This document shows positions 1 through 13,503 of a stretch of DNA of 64,000 bases, one piece after another. Source of the stretch: Eledone cirrhosa (lineage: Eukaryota); NCBI GenBank assembly GCA_964016885.1, contig OZ024750.1, forward strand, positions 20,584,001 to 20,648,000, in the 5' to 3' direction. Each line of letters starts with the position of its first letter. Position 1 is the first letter of the stretch. The translations under genes were made by a program, and so were the position numbers. A model generated the notes under the pieces. That model was not told the DNA's origin. It searched no databases and worked only from the letters and a program-made list of their open reading frames with translations.

Positions 1-56
1 GTTTTTGAAATGCGCATAATAAAATACATGGAACTCCTTTAACCATCTTTTGATCT

Positions 57-136
<80 letters not shown>

Positions 137-618
137 TTATTTATATATTCGTATATACATATATTCGTGTTGACACAGGCACAGAAAGAGATATTTATAT
201 ATGTGTGAGTGTGTATATTTATGTATGTTTGTGGTTATGTATGTCTCTAAGTATATAAAAGTTTACTATATCATTTACTTTAAACGAAATGCATGGACAT
301 TCTATTTCGAACTTTCCAATATAGGAAATACGTAATAGAATTTTTATTATTCATTGGAAATTTCGAAAATAATCTCATAAAAGTCTACTTCAGAACATAT
401 CACTATCTCTAAGTGAAAAGAATGACATGATTTACTCATGTGATTATTTTAAAGTCTTTGCTTTTGCTCCTTTGCATTGTCTTCGGAAACTTTTAATCTA
501 CTCAAATAATAAATATTTTCACTATATAGAAAGGGATTTATGTATATATATATATATATATACATACATACACACACACACTCAGATATATATATATATA
601 TATTAATAATAATTAATG

Positions 619-909
619 TGAAGACTAAAATCCGAAGAGGGCTCGATAAAGATAATATATATACAAAAATATATAAAACCATAGTGAAAATATTTATTAA
701 AATAACAGATTGAAGTTTAAGCAAAGAATTGCTGCTTTCACCCTTAACGGGATCTTCTGAAACTAGTTTCAGAGGATCCCGTTAAGGGTGAAAGCAGCGA
801 TTCTTTGCTTAAAATTTAATCTGTTATTTTAATAAATATTTGCTCTACGGTTCTTATATATTTGATATATATTTATCCTTATCGAGCCCTCTTTGGATTT
901 TAGTCTTCA
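619..909. mobile_element. Family A fold-back element (about 145-bp imperfect inverted arms centred on CTAG at 763-766) in a (TA)n tract; probable non-autonomous Penelope-like element end
   Basis: tgaagactaaaatccgaagagggctcga...cttctgaaactagtttcagagg...tcgagccctctttggattttagtcttca; same family at 29308-29462 and 47341-47640. Confidence 0.75.
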
Positions 910-964
910 AATTTATTATTATTACTATATATATATATATTTATATATTTATATATTTATATAT

Positions 965-1165
965 AGGGCGAGTAAAAATCCCGAGATCCATGGACGAGTT
1001 CTCTCCAGCGGTCTCTGTCCCTCATTATCGCTGCCATGTCCTTCGTCTCCAACAGACCAGTGTATGTCCTTAGGGCATCAACATACGTTAACCTTGGTCT
1101 TCCTCTTCTAGAGTGTTCATGTAGGGGCTCCCACAGGAGCACTGAGTGCAATGTCTTCCATTCGT
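965..1165 (-). pseudogene. 3' fragment of an RTE-type LINE ORF2
   Basis: Translation LLWEPLHEHSRRGRPRLTYVDALRTYTG...MRDRDRWRELV matches the typical RTE-clade C-terminus (R-G-R-P...DR..WR..V). Confidence 0.75.
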
Positions 1166-1201
1166 TCATACACACACATACAAACACTCACACACACACT
1201 T

Positions 1202-1400
<199 letters not shown>

Positions 1401-1501
1401 AATGTGATTATAAGTATTAATCTCATTTAGACCTAGATGATGATATGTGTAAGGTGAAACAATTCATTTCGGAAATGTTGAATTAATTGTGGTGGAACTA
1501 C

Positions 1502-1990
<489 letters not shown>

Positions 1991-2052
1991 TACACATACA
2001 CATATACAAATATACACACACACATACAAATAAGGACCCCCCACTACCACAC

Positions 2053-2091
<39 letters not shown>

Positions 2092-2504
2092 AAATTAAAA
2101 TTAAGGGTTGTCATGTCTGAGAGACATGCGCCATATCGACTGTAGAATAAGCTCAAAGATTCCAATGAACTGATCTGCGCAATAGATATCAACTAGAAAT
2201 AGATTGACATATATATATATAAAAGAAACATATGAAACAATCACATGGAATAATTTGTATAGAATGTAAGCACACATTAACTAGGTAACTAATTAAAATT
2301 TAACTAGAATTTCAAATACAATTCAAATAAAATGATTAATCTCCTTTGTATAACGAAGGAATATATTTCACCAAATAAACCGTAAATCATAGTAGTCAGA
2401 TCGGATGTTCACCAAAGGAGAAGAAGATAACTACCTGTGTTTACAAAGCAAATGCAAATCTGTGAATGATTCGAACCACGTATTGCATAAAAAAAAAATA
2501 CACA

Positions 2505-2590
2505 CATTGCACAACGTCACCCCAGTGGCGGGAATAGGACCATTGACAGCCAGAAATAGCAGCCAAGTCTATTCAACTGAATTAGCTCAA
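2505..2590 (-). mobile_element. Degenerate tRNA-derived SINE head
   Basis: Minus strand agctaattcagttgaatagac...ggtcctattcccgccactgggg has tRNA-like A/B-box spacing. Confidence 0.3.
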
Positions 2591-2679
2591 CAGTCAACGA
2601 GGCGTGATTGTTTCATGTTTATTTTATATATATATATGTCAATCTATTTCTAGTTGATATATATATATATATATATATA

Positions 2680-3290
2680 TTTTATAATCTCCCATAAAGT
2701 TGAGATGAAACTTAGGCAATATTAGGGTGCGCTTTCTAGAAACCAGCCTACTAGCCGTAAGGCACCAATCACATTCTTTCTGACTTGACCACTGCCACGT
2801 CACAGTTCTTAGCCATTTTAGCCGTTTGTGGCATTTTAGCAGTTTTTAGCATCTTAGCCGTTTCTGGCGGGGATCATTTAAGAAAAATCTTTGTCCAAGT
2901 GAGTTTGTTTCCTGATGAGTTGGAAACTCGAGAAATTATCCTTGATAGGATATTTCCGAAAGCGAACGAAACCCTAAAGTGTAGAAACGTAATCCTGGTA
3001 TGTGTATATGCATTTTTTCTTCTAACTTTAATTTTATACCTAATTGTGTATGGTTGACGATATATTTAAGCGATTTCCACGTGCTATTGAAATACTGGGT
3101 AAATATTCTATGGCTGTTGATCGCGAATAGATGGCTATCGTTTATTTATCTATTATTTCTTCACAGGTGCCTTTTCATCTTATAGCCTGGTTTAATTGTT
3201 GTTTTTTTTTGTGTGGTTGATTATGCTAATTGAGAGAGGAAATTGAGTATATATCTTATAAAATGATTCTAAGGACATGATTTATACTAT
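2680..3290 (+). mobile_element. TA-flanked non-coding element with ttagccgtt-like short repeats and a degenerate hammerhead (2904-2971)
   Basis: tttgtttc CTGATGA gttggaaa...tttcc GAAA gc gaacgaaa; (TA)n on both sides; stem III and cleavage site not intact. Confidence 0.45.
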
Positions 3291-5419
3291 ATATATATAT
3301 ATGAATAAACTTAACTAGAATGTAGAGTTTGAAACGTGAGTGTATAGGATTCTCAGGAATATGGGAAAATTCGGCCTATGGAAGCAGTTAGAACAACAAA
3401 ATACCGTCGAAGCAGTTAAATATTACCTCGAAGGATGGAGATCAGCGGCTAGATGTGATTTGACTCGAAGTAAGGAAGAGAAGATAGATGAAAGCGAACA
3501 GGTCACAAACATTAATATTCGCTCGGCAGATCTCAACCTCCAAGAGTTTCGGTTAATGAATATTCTAAACCCATGAAAACTGTTAACAAACTACTTTTAA
3601 CCAGTTTGCATTACATATATTGCATGTACTTTATGCACTTTCATTGATCTACTTCGGAAACTCTGCGTGAATTTTAAAAATACTAAATGGCACAAATTCT
3701 TAGCTCCTTAGAGCAAAGCAAAACCTTGTAATATTGAATATCTATTTGTGGAGACTTGTCAAATTTAGTAGCCAATATCAGCGATTTACCTCAAAGATCA
3801 AACGCGTTACATATAAAACCTATCGCCATGAAATCTGACTGTGCCCTTAATTAAGAAGTATATTATACTTGGGCTGGGATATTGGGATACATAGAAATAA
3901 TATGTTCTGTCCTTCGTGTATTTTCCAAATGTAATAACCGTATTCAAGAATCAATATAAACCGAACATTGCTGAAGACATTGACAAACCGAAACCGAAAA
4001 TTGCATCATCGAATTTATGATCTGGGTATTTGATGCGTGTATCGATTCAATGGCATATTGTTGTTGTTTATTTCCTTAAGTTCTGTGGAGTGAAGGACGA
4101 CATTGATCACAAGTGAACGCCAAAATATTACACTATTGAAGAATATGAAATATAATTCAGGCAGTTTGGAATCACTTGATTTATTATGATATGCATAATC
4201 TGACCTTTGATTGAACTGCTATTAATTAGTTTTCAGTCGTTGCCATAAATACACCGTGATAAAATAGCATATGTTGGAATTAGGTAGTTAATAAAATCAA
4301 CGCATTTCTCTATCATAACGGATTCTTGTATATCCTGTTTCTCAGTTCTGCATTCCAACAGTGAAATTGTCCGAAAATACAAAGTAATTTCATTTCTTCA
4401 TCATAGCCTCATTTTCTCATTCTCCCATTCTCAAATTCCGGCGTGACGAAAGTAATCATGTACAAGTGTTGCAGAATGTTTAATGAGTCATAAATGTTAC
4501 GCCGTTCGTGATTTCAAAACTTAAAATATTTGATTCTTTACGTGAAATATTAGAGTACAAGTTAGTGTAAAGCTATCTTTTATTTATGAAAGTTAAAGCA
4601 ATACTAAGTAGCAGTCTCCCTAACATACTCTCATTGCCAATATTGGCGCACATAAAATTATATACATTATTTTTATGTATAATAAATATACAGAGTCTCT
4701 TTGTGTATTTTTAAAGGTATAATCATACCACAGGCAAATTATAAGGGTTGAGCTACACCAAATTGGTTATTATTTCAAAATCAATATTGTCTACAAACAT
4801 GGTACTACGGCAAAAACATAGACCTTCATATGTATAGGTTTTGCGAATAATACATATTGAAAATGTTTATTTACATATAGTGCAGGTTTGACGGCCTTGT
4901 ATCAGTTAGCAGTAACACTAACACTGCATGATTCACATGAGAGGGCTACTTTGAAGCATATTCAATATGTTTATGTATATTAAACATACATAGGTCTCAC
5001 TGTAGCTATTTCCAGCTGTTTTCATATCATAGATAGCTATATAATCTTGTGAGAACGGCAAATACGTGATGTTCAGGTAGTTTATCAAACTTGCAATATT
5101 CTCCAGAATGTTTAGCACTGATGGGTATAGGTAATCATGATATATTATCCATAATGATAATATAATTCCCCTTATTATTAACTCCCAACCCAACAATTGT
5201 ATATACTCGGTAGGGTTTTTCTATTCCCAACAGTCCTAAAAAAATTAATCAGATATAAAAGAACGATCATACCTAAGTTACCAGTGTTGAACACAAGTCG
5301 CATGGGAAAAGAAAGAATAATCTACAAAACACCTTTAAAAGGTAAATATTTGTTTTATGGGAAGGGTGTGCTTGGTTGGCACGGAAATGCCAAATAATAG
5401 AATGCAGATAAGAAACGAT

Positions 5420-5830
5420 TTTGTACTGAAATCGATATAGAAGACGAAAGCATCCGACTACTGCTATCTAGAGGAAATTATTTAGGTCTGCTACAAATAG
5501 AGGAAATTATTATTTAGCTTTTTCAAAAGTCGTAAAATTAAGAAATAGTTTATATGCATAATGTTGAATTTTAACTTATTCAGATTGACATTTGTCGGGA
5601 AATATTCAATTCGAAAGACGAACATAGGAATATAATTTTGGAGAGAATAATGCAAGGATAAATATATTTTGCAGACACTAATAGGATATACATAGAAATA
5701 ACTAAATTTGAGAAGGTGTGTTCTTTCATCGGATTGTCTAGTCAGTAAATACTCACTAGAATCGACAAATTTAGATTTTGCTGAGCAAATAAAAATAGAG
5801 AGTTACCACACCTATATAATTTTGACCAAA
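5420..5830 (+). pseudogene. Highly decayed Merlin/IS1595-like transposase fragment
   Basis: Ordered motifs across frameshifts: EIDIEDES, DICRE, QTLIG, SSDCL, YHT (compare VEIDES, GICRE, TL..I, SDCW, HTQ). Confidence 0.4.
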
Positions 5831-5874
5831 ACTTCTTACTTGTAATGAGGAATTATGTAAGGATATTATTAATG

Positions 5875-6296
5875 GTTTTTAATTCGGAGCACAAGGCCAA
5901 GTGTTCTGTTGTGGATAACCAAGTTGAAAAACTCAGCCCAAAGACTTAATTGGTACAAACATTCGCTACCAGCGGAAGGATGACAAGTAAAGAGGACTTC
6001 GGCGGTATTTGAGGTTAGAACGTAAAATGTAAGAACAAATAATTGTTTCTACTTTAGGCACAAGGCCAGCAATTACCCAGTTCATTACTGGTACTTTATT
6101 TTATCGACCCCGTAAGGATGAAAGGCAAAGTCAACCTCGGCGGGATTTGAACTCAGATCGTAAAGGGACGTGACTATGTTGGAAAGCATGGCGTCCGACC
6201 CTCTACCGATACTGCCAATCCACTGCCCTTTATGTAAGAACAAATAATGCTAAGAATTTGTCCGAGGTTTTAACGCGTCTGTTAATCCATCGCCCT
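5875..6296 (-). mobile_element. Old diverged SINE copy interrupted by a younger copy
   Basis: gcacaaggcc...ggaaggatgacaagtaaagaggacttcggcggtatttga; continues after 6248 to aatccatcgcc. Confidence 0.6.
6044..6231 (-). mobile_element. Full-length tRNA-derived SINE (family S) with 17-bp target site duplication
   Basis: A-box tggcagtatcgg, B-box gagttcaaatccc, central gcctttcatccttacggggtcgataaaataaagtaccag; TSD atgtaagaacaaataat at 6027-6043 and 6232-6248. Confidence 0.9.
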
Positions 6297-8451
6297 AAAT
6301 GGACATTAATTGGGACATGTTCTGGACGTGCTGCATGTGAAAATATGAATAAATTCAATTAACTTACTTTCTTCCACTAATATTTACATACATGTGAGTG
6401 TCAGTTCCGACGACGAATCCAACATTGTGCAGTGGAACAGCTTTCTCCTGAAATTAACATGGAAGGGGCTGAGGATTTCATAGACATATATGCCGTTATT
6501 GTTATTTTACGGGAGATTTAGTTTAGTACAATGTCTGACAGTTTTCCCCTGTTCACATAATTTTTGCCAGTTGAGCCGAGTAGACCGAAACATAAAGAAT
6601 TACATATAACCATTGTATTGATTTGTATTCTAATTGTCCTATCTTTGAGAAAAACGATATTCAGTTAGGCTGATTCACAAATTATAAATATTGCAGATGT
6701 ATAAAATGAAATTTATGAAGAAATACAATCAATGTGTATAGGTGATACTGTCAATGGAAATCAGAACTTTTAAGTACAGTAACAAATACTGAAAAAGGAA
6801 CTCTCGTCTGCAATACAAATACACTTTTTTAGTCTTAAATTTAATTCAAAAATTATCGTATGTTGCACCTAAATATTTGGTAAATGATTTTTGCTGATAC
6901 AGACAGCAACTAATTTTCAATGTCTTTAGTTTTTCTTGGCGCATTTTCATTGGCAATCTTTTTCTTAACCTTCCTATAATCATACATCACATGGCTGTGA
7001 ACATATATGTAGTATAAAAACTGATGAAAAGAAATCAAGTAGCTTTCGTTTCAGTTAGGTAATTGTGTCCATTCTTTGTTTAAATGATGATACAGTAATG
7101 TTCCAATAATTACGCTTGATACAATAAAGATGAAACGTAAGATATCTTCTAAATAATAATCGTATAATAACAGGGAAGCACACGACTATGTTGTAGTCTA
7201 GTTATTAACTATTTCCAAATAAGCCATTGTTGAAATGGTTTCCTGAAACACTTCTTTTACTCTCAGAGTTGTCATATATATATATATATATATGTATATA
7301 TCCATATGTGTGAGTCCCTGTGTGTGTGTGTATGTGTGTGTGTGCGTTTGAGTATTTGTGTGCCAGATAGTGTATATTTGCCCAGACGCTAGGTATCATA
7401 ACTTAGAAAGTTAGAGTAAACACTATATTCATGGTTTGTGTTTGCGTGTGTTGTACCTCATCAAAATGAACTTTAGCTTCATCATCAACACCAAACATAA
7501 TATGATAAACGAGGAATAAGGAGTAGCAACTCGAAAGTGACTGTTTGAATTGTTCGAAAAAGCCTAAGGCGAAAAAAGCCTAATCGCGAAATATTTATTA
7601 TATAAATAATTGAAATGAATAACAAACAATATATCGTACAACGAAAAAAAGGGATATGTGATGGGGAAAGTCACTACACCCGCGTTTGAGTGGTGCCTCA
7701 GCCGAGCTTTGCGGAAAAAAGTTCATAAGCCTTACGCTGGAGATGGCCAGAGATACCCGTTATAGCAGGCACCCAACATCATGTGGGATCATCCTCATAC
7801 AGGCCACCGTAGTTCGAAATTTACGGAGGAAATCAGCAGTGCTGGAGAATGGCTACTAGTGTATATGTTATTGGGCATTCTGCAATCAAGTGTATCCTTA
7901 ATGAAATTCTTGGCGAGAATACCTGTGACACATGAAGTAAAAACACTGGTCTTTTGAATTACTGTACTGTCGATATATACAGGCTTCCAAATAGATTTTA
8001 TCTACCTAATTTCCCTCAAAAGGGATGGGTCAATTAATGACTATTGCTCAAAGTATCACAATAGTAAGATGGAGCTAGGGTCTTAGTAAGTCTAGTTCCA
8101 CGTAACAATATAGACCATTTCATGGGGAAAATGTGATTTTCAGCAAATGCTATATTCGAATAATAACAAATAAGATCCCAGCATCAGTCGTCCAAATTGA
8201 AATCTGGACCTACTTATTATGGAACAAATCTCTTAACAATTAAGCCGCACTTCCATCAGCAAAGCAGCCATTAATATCACCATAATTACAACTAACTTTC
8301 TCTGTTTTTTTACTTCATTCCTTTTCTCTCTAACTCTTTCTCCCCCTCTCCCCCCTCTGTCTCACTCTCTCTCTCTTTGTATATATACAGACACATATGT
8401 ATATGTATATATGCACATATATATAAATATATATATATATATATGTGTGTA

Positions 8452-8538
<87 letters not shown>

Positions 8539-8744
8539 GTGTGTGTTCGATTTCCTGCGTGTACCTGAGCACGCCAGAATGAGAACTCAGTATGGAAATA
8601 ATATTGAAATATTTTTCATTAAGTCATGAGATTTATTACATTGGAGATTAAAATCCGTACCCTCCTAAAATGAAACCTCACTAAGGATCCATACTATTCA
8701 TAAATGCGTTCCAGAATGTTCCAGAATGTCACTGAACATTTAAA

Positions 8745-8790
8745 CTTACCTGATGACACTGTGAGTACACGGGCGAAATTACAGAGTAAA
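8745..8790 (+). ncRNA. Degenerate hammerhead-like motif
   Basis: ttac CTGATGA cactgtg agta cacgggc GAAA ttacagagtaa; stem II partly mismatched, stem III unclear. Confidence 0.35.
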
Positions 8791-8967
8791 CAGATTCATC
8801 ACTTATCCATAATAAAAAACGCGTAAACACTCACATTATATGTATACACACACACACACACACATATATATGTATAAAAAGAGAGGGAGAGAAATAGAAA
8901 GAGAGAGAGAGAGAAAGAGGGCGAGACCCTTCTGTTTGACTTTCTATTTATCTCTATATATATATCG

Positions 8968-9008
<41 letters not shown>

Positions 9009-9547
9009 TAAAGCGTATATATATATTAATCCATCTATTTCTCGTCTTCAACAAATATTATTATGCTTATTGCTCTTTCTCTCAATTGCAAACTCAATGA
9101 ACAACAACAATGTTCGTAACATGAGAACGTCTAAAAGTCTAATGGCTTGACCAGTGATGCACTTCATTCTATCTGTTTGGAAAATGCACCATAACCACGC
9201 ATAAGCAGATAATTGAATTTGCTTAGCAAATCCTGCTGATTGTATTTGATTTTATCGATTTGTTGTTTGCAGTTTGTCCTATCTTAAAGTGATAATATGG
9301 TCCACACAAGATTAGCAATTACGTTATCATTATATGGCATCTACAGTTCGCCATAAACCCCATCTAGGATATGTTTGCAAGATATATGATCGTACAATTG
9401 CGTGTTTATACGACAGCATGTTGCATGGTTGTATGAATATATGTGTGTTTTATTGTATGATTATATAAGTAGTATCTATTACGACGGGTGTTACACATAT
9501 ACCCACACACCCACACATACATACGCACGCGCACGCACACACACACA

Positions 9548-9610
<63 letters not shown>

Positions 9611-9982
9611 ACAGTCAACCTTACATAGATATATACATACATAACTACATATATAAATATAATACATAACTATATTCATGCATACATATATACATAACAA
9701 CATACATACACATATATAAGCATACACGCATATATTCATGAGTACATACATACATACTACATACATACACACATACATATATACAGCATTGTAATTTGAA
9801 ATAAAATTATACACGAGTATTGGTCAAGAATATATTCTTAATATTATTTTCCATAGCACTTTCTTTTTTGATATGATTGATGGTATATACTGGAATAGAT
9901 GTACACTCGTGTGTGCATATATCCGTGCATGTATATATATGCATATATATATATATAGAGAGAGAGATATATAGAGATTTAC

Positions 9983-10017
<35 letters not shown>

Positions 10018-10067
10018 AATATCTATATCTATATATCTATAGATATAGATATATGCAAGGATATATG

Positions 10068-10099
<32 letters not shown>

Positions 10100-10105
10100 C
10101 ATATA

Positions 10106-10166
<61 letters not shown>

Positions 10167-10356
10167 ACAGGGAGAAAGAGACGATTATTAGGAAGAAACA
10201 TTTTTTTTTTCCTTTTTTGTTTCTCTCTCTTTTTTTTCTGGGTTAGAAAATGATTAAAACGAAATGTCTTACTTTGTGTTAAGTGTTAAGGTATTAGTTG
10301 ATTTATTTATTATTTAACAATGGCATTTATTTATCTATTTATATATTTAATAATTG

Positions 10357-10443
10357 TCTATTACCCACTCTACTACTCTAAGTATTGAGTACTGGTCCAT
10401 CTGCGTTATGGTCCATCTCGTTCCTTACCACAACTCCTGCGTT
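10357..10443 (+). mobile_element. Family B element 3' tail fragment running into (TA)n
   Basis: ctattacccactctactactctaagtattgagtactggtcc...ccttaccacaactcctgcgt matches 31950-32030. Confidence 0.8.
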
Positions 10444-10448
10444 ATATA

Positions 10449-10568
<120 letters not shown>

Positions 10569-11037
10569 CATATATATATGCAGAGTCATTTGAGTGTATG
10601 TAAATGTATGTATTTGAACTACCAAAATGTCTAATGATTTCTTCTGCGTGTAGAGAGTGTTTGAGAGAATCCTTGTTTGTGTTAGTGCGTGAGATTAGGT
10701 TCCTCTCTGTATGTAGCCCTAGTCGTATATTTATTTTCGTATATTATTGTGTGTTTATATGTGCATATAATTGGAATAATTTACGTGGCACTTAATATTT
10801 GTGTTGTGCATACTCTGGAAATAATTGCTAAGTTATAAATGTCGTCGCTAACAGGTGAATTGCAGATAAATAGAACCACTTTAAGCATACTAAGCAGATT
10901 ATCTCCCCTTTCAATGGTTCAAGAGTAAACTCACCTAAACTTATAGAGTGGCAGACACACTCTGAACAAATTATATATAGAGACAAGAGACACACTCACA
11001 CACGAACACACACATATGTAGATATACATGCAGACAT

Positions 11038-11087
<50 letters not shown>

Positions 11088-11096
11088 ACACATATA

Positions 11097-11148
<52 letters not shown>

Positions 11149-11161
11149 TATATATATACAC

Positions 11162-11232
<71 letters not shown>

Positions 11233-11359
11233 TTCATTTATATATATATATATGCGTGTGTGTGTACATATATATGTATCTGCTCAATGTGTGAAATAAG
11301 ACGATATTCACCTCATCCATAAATAAAGACAATTCTGTATTTGTATACTATGTATATAA

Positions 11360-11408
<49 letters not shown>

Positions 11409-11437
11409 TATATGGGTGCGTGTGTATATATATATAT

Positions 11438-11876
11438 ATTGTTATACTTTGGGAGGTTCATGTTGCCAATATGAAACACACACCCAGTTGTTTTCACTTT
11501 AATTTATTATAAATTTCCGGTTGGTTGGCTGGTTGGTTCTATAACCGGATGGTTGTTTATATATTGCAGAGTTCTTTCCGTTACACATTCTGCGACCTCT
11601 TCAGTGACTGGGGATTAGTTTTTTTTTTTTCGTGCTTCTCCTTTGTGCTGTCCTACGCCATCTTCTTTTTACTGCGTGTTGTATGCTTAGTTTGCGCCTG
11701 TGTTTCATCCGGGTGTCTGTGTGTGTTTTTATTCGTTTAATTATTTGTTTATTTTCATGTTACTAGTTAGTTGTTTGTTCTATGTGTATGTGTTTTCATT
11801 TTGTCCTTAATTATAAGTTGCGATGTTGCTATTCCATTCATGTTTTCTAATTAATTTTGGTTGGAGTTCAGAAACG

Positions 11877-11880
<4 letters not shown>
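11438..11880 (-). mobile_element. Family H element with hammerhead on minus strand (11565-11608)
   Basis: Minus strand gtca CTGAAGA ggtcgcagaatgtgtaacg GAAA gaac TC tgca; homologous to 37592-37987 and 59845-60430; TA-flanked. Confidence 0.75.
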
Positions 11881-11934
<54 letters not shown>

Positions 11935-12474
11935 ACATATATATATTCATATTAGAGTTGCCAAATATCAGTGTTAATTCAATTCTGGAAGCAGTCAACT
12001 GATTAGACTTACACATTACGATGAACGTTTCACTGAAACCCAATTATAGAATCTACCACATTTACGCACCAACCTATTAATAGAGACTGTTTTCTAACTT
12101 GGTCAAACCGTTTCTGGTTTCATTTCATGTTAAAGTCCTACATTAAAGCGACCGATTACTTAGCTTTCACCGACAGTTTCTTTTTTTTGAATTAGTTTCT
12201 ATAGAAAGTTATGACATTCTTTGTCCCATGACTTCCACTCAGGAACTAAAGATGACTAGGTGCTTGGCTTTTACTGAGCAATTTGTTGTGCACCCTAACA
12301 AAACATAAACATATGATACTAGGTTTTCAAAAACGCTATTTCTTCTTTTATTATGAATTAGGGTTTGTTATCTAATCTATGTACCTAGCTTTTACCGGTA
12401 ACACCCTCATTACTTCATCCCACAATATCATTAGTAGAGTTTTCCGCCCATAACGCTTAAGTATTATTAGCTGC

Positions 12475-12850
12475 TGAATGGCGGTGAATTGGCAGTATCG
12501 GTAGAGAGTTGGACGCCATGCTTTCTAGCATAGTTACGTCCCTTTACGGTCTGAGTTCAAATCCCGTCGAGTTTAACTTTGCTTTTCATCGTTACGAGGT
12601 CGATAAAATAAAGTACCAGTAATACACTGGAATAATTGCTGGCCTTGTGCCAAAAGTAGAAACAATTAACTGCTGAATTGGCAGTATTGGTAGAGGGTCT
12701 GACACCATGCTTTGCAGCAAAGAGTTACGGCCCTTTATGGTCTGAGTTAAAATCCCGCCGAGGTTAACTTTGCTTTTCATCCTTATGGGGTCGATAAAAT
12801 AAAGTACCAGTGATTACTGGCCTTGTGCCAAAAGCAGAAACACTTATTAA
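12475..12850 (+). mobile_element. Two tandem family S SINEs
   Basis: Two consecutive ttggcagtat...gagttcaaatccc...gtcgataaaataaagtaccag...gtagaaac units. Confidence 0.9.
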
Positions 12851-13117
12851 CAGCTTGTTTTGTTTAGCCTTCTCTCTCTCTCTCTCACGCTCTCTGTCTT
12901 TTTCTATATCTCTATCTCTCTATTTATCTCTCTCTGAAAGAAATAGTTTATGGTCAAACCTGGATTACTATGCGTGCCACTAAGTTTAACACGCTGACGC
13001 CATGCTGTATACCACTGTGTCAACACTACAGCTCCAAAAAGTGGTACGGAATCAGTGGTATATAGTCATGTTTGTCCTCATAATTTGCTTCCACTGTAGT
13101 ATGCCATGTTAATATAA

Positions 13118-13503
13118 ATGTTTCTACTTTCGGTACAAGGCCAGCAATTATTCTGGTGCATTTTATTTTATCCAACCTGTAAGGATGAAACCTCAAATTC
13201 AACCTCGGCGGGATTTAAACTCAGATCATAAATGACCGTAACTCTATGCTTTAAAGCATGGCTTTCGACGCTATTGCGTTACTACCAATCCACAGCTCTT
13301 AATGCCATGTTAGTATAATTGTTTTTACTTTTGGCACAAGGCCAGCAATTACCCAGTACATTACTGGTACTTTATTTTATCGATTATTTTAAGGGTGAAA
13401 GACAAAGTTAACCTAGGTGGGATTTGAACTCATAATGGCAAGGGCCGTAACTCTATGCGTCAAAGCATGAGGTCCGACCCTCTACCGATACTGCCAATCC
13501 ACC
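13118..13503 (-). mobile_element. Two tandem family S SINEs; the first has a near-perfect TSD
   Basis: Units 13118-13300 and 13317-13503; atgccatgttaatataa (13101-13117) versus atgccatgttagtataa (13302-13318). Confidence 0.85.

Noticed and set aside
619-909. Palindromic elements read as classical TA-targeting MITEs of DNA transposons
   Set aside because: Disfavoured, not excluded: arms are asymmetric, centres vary between copies, single-arm copies exist and related families carry hammerheads, unlike fixed TIR pairs
3340-3576. 78-aa ORF with faint mariner N-terminal resemblance; similar faint transposon traces near 13650, 19850, 22300, 46300 and 54300
   Set aside because: Similarity too weak to support by eye; needs a translated HMM search
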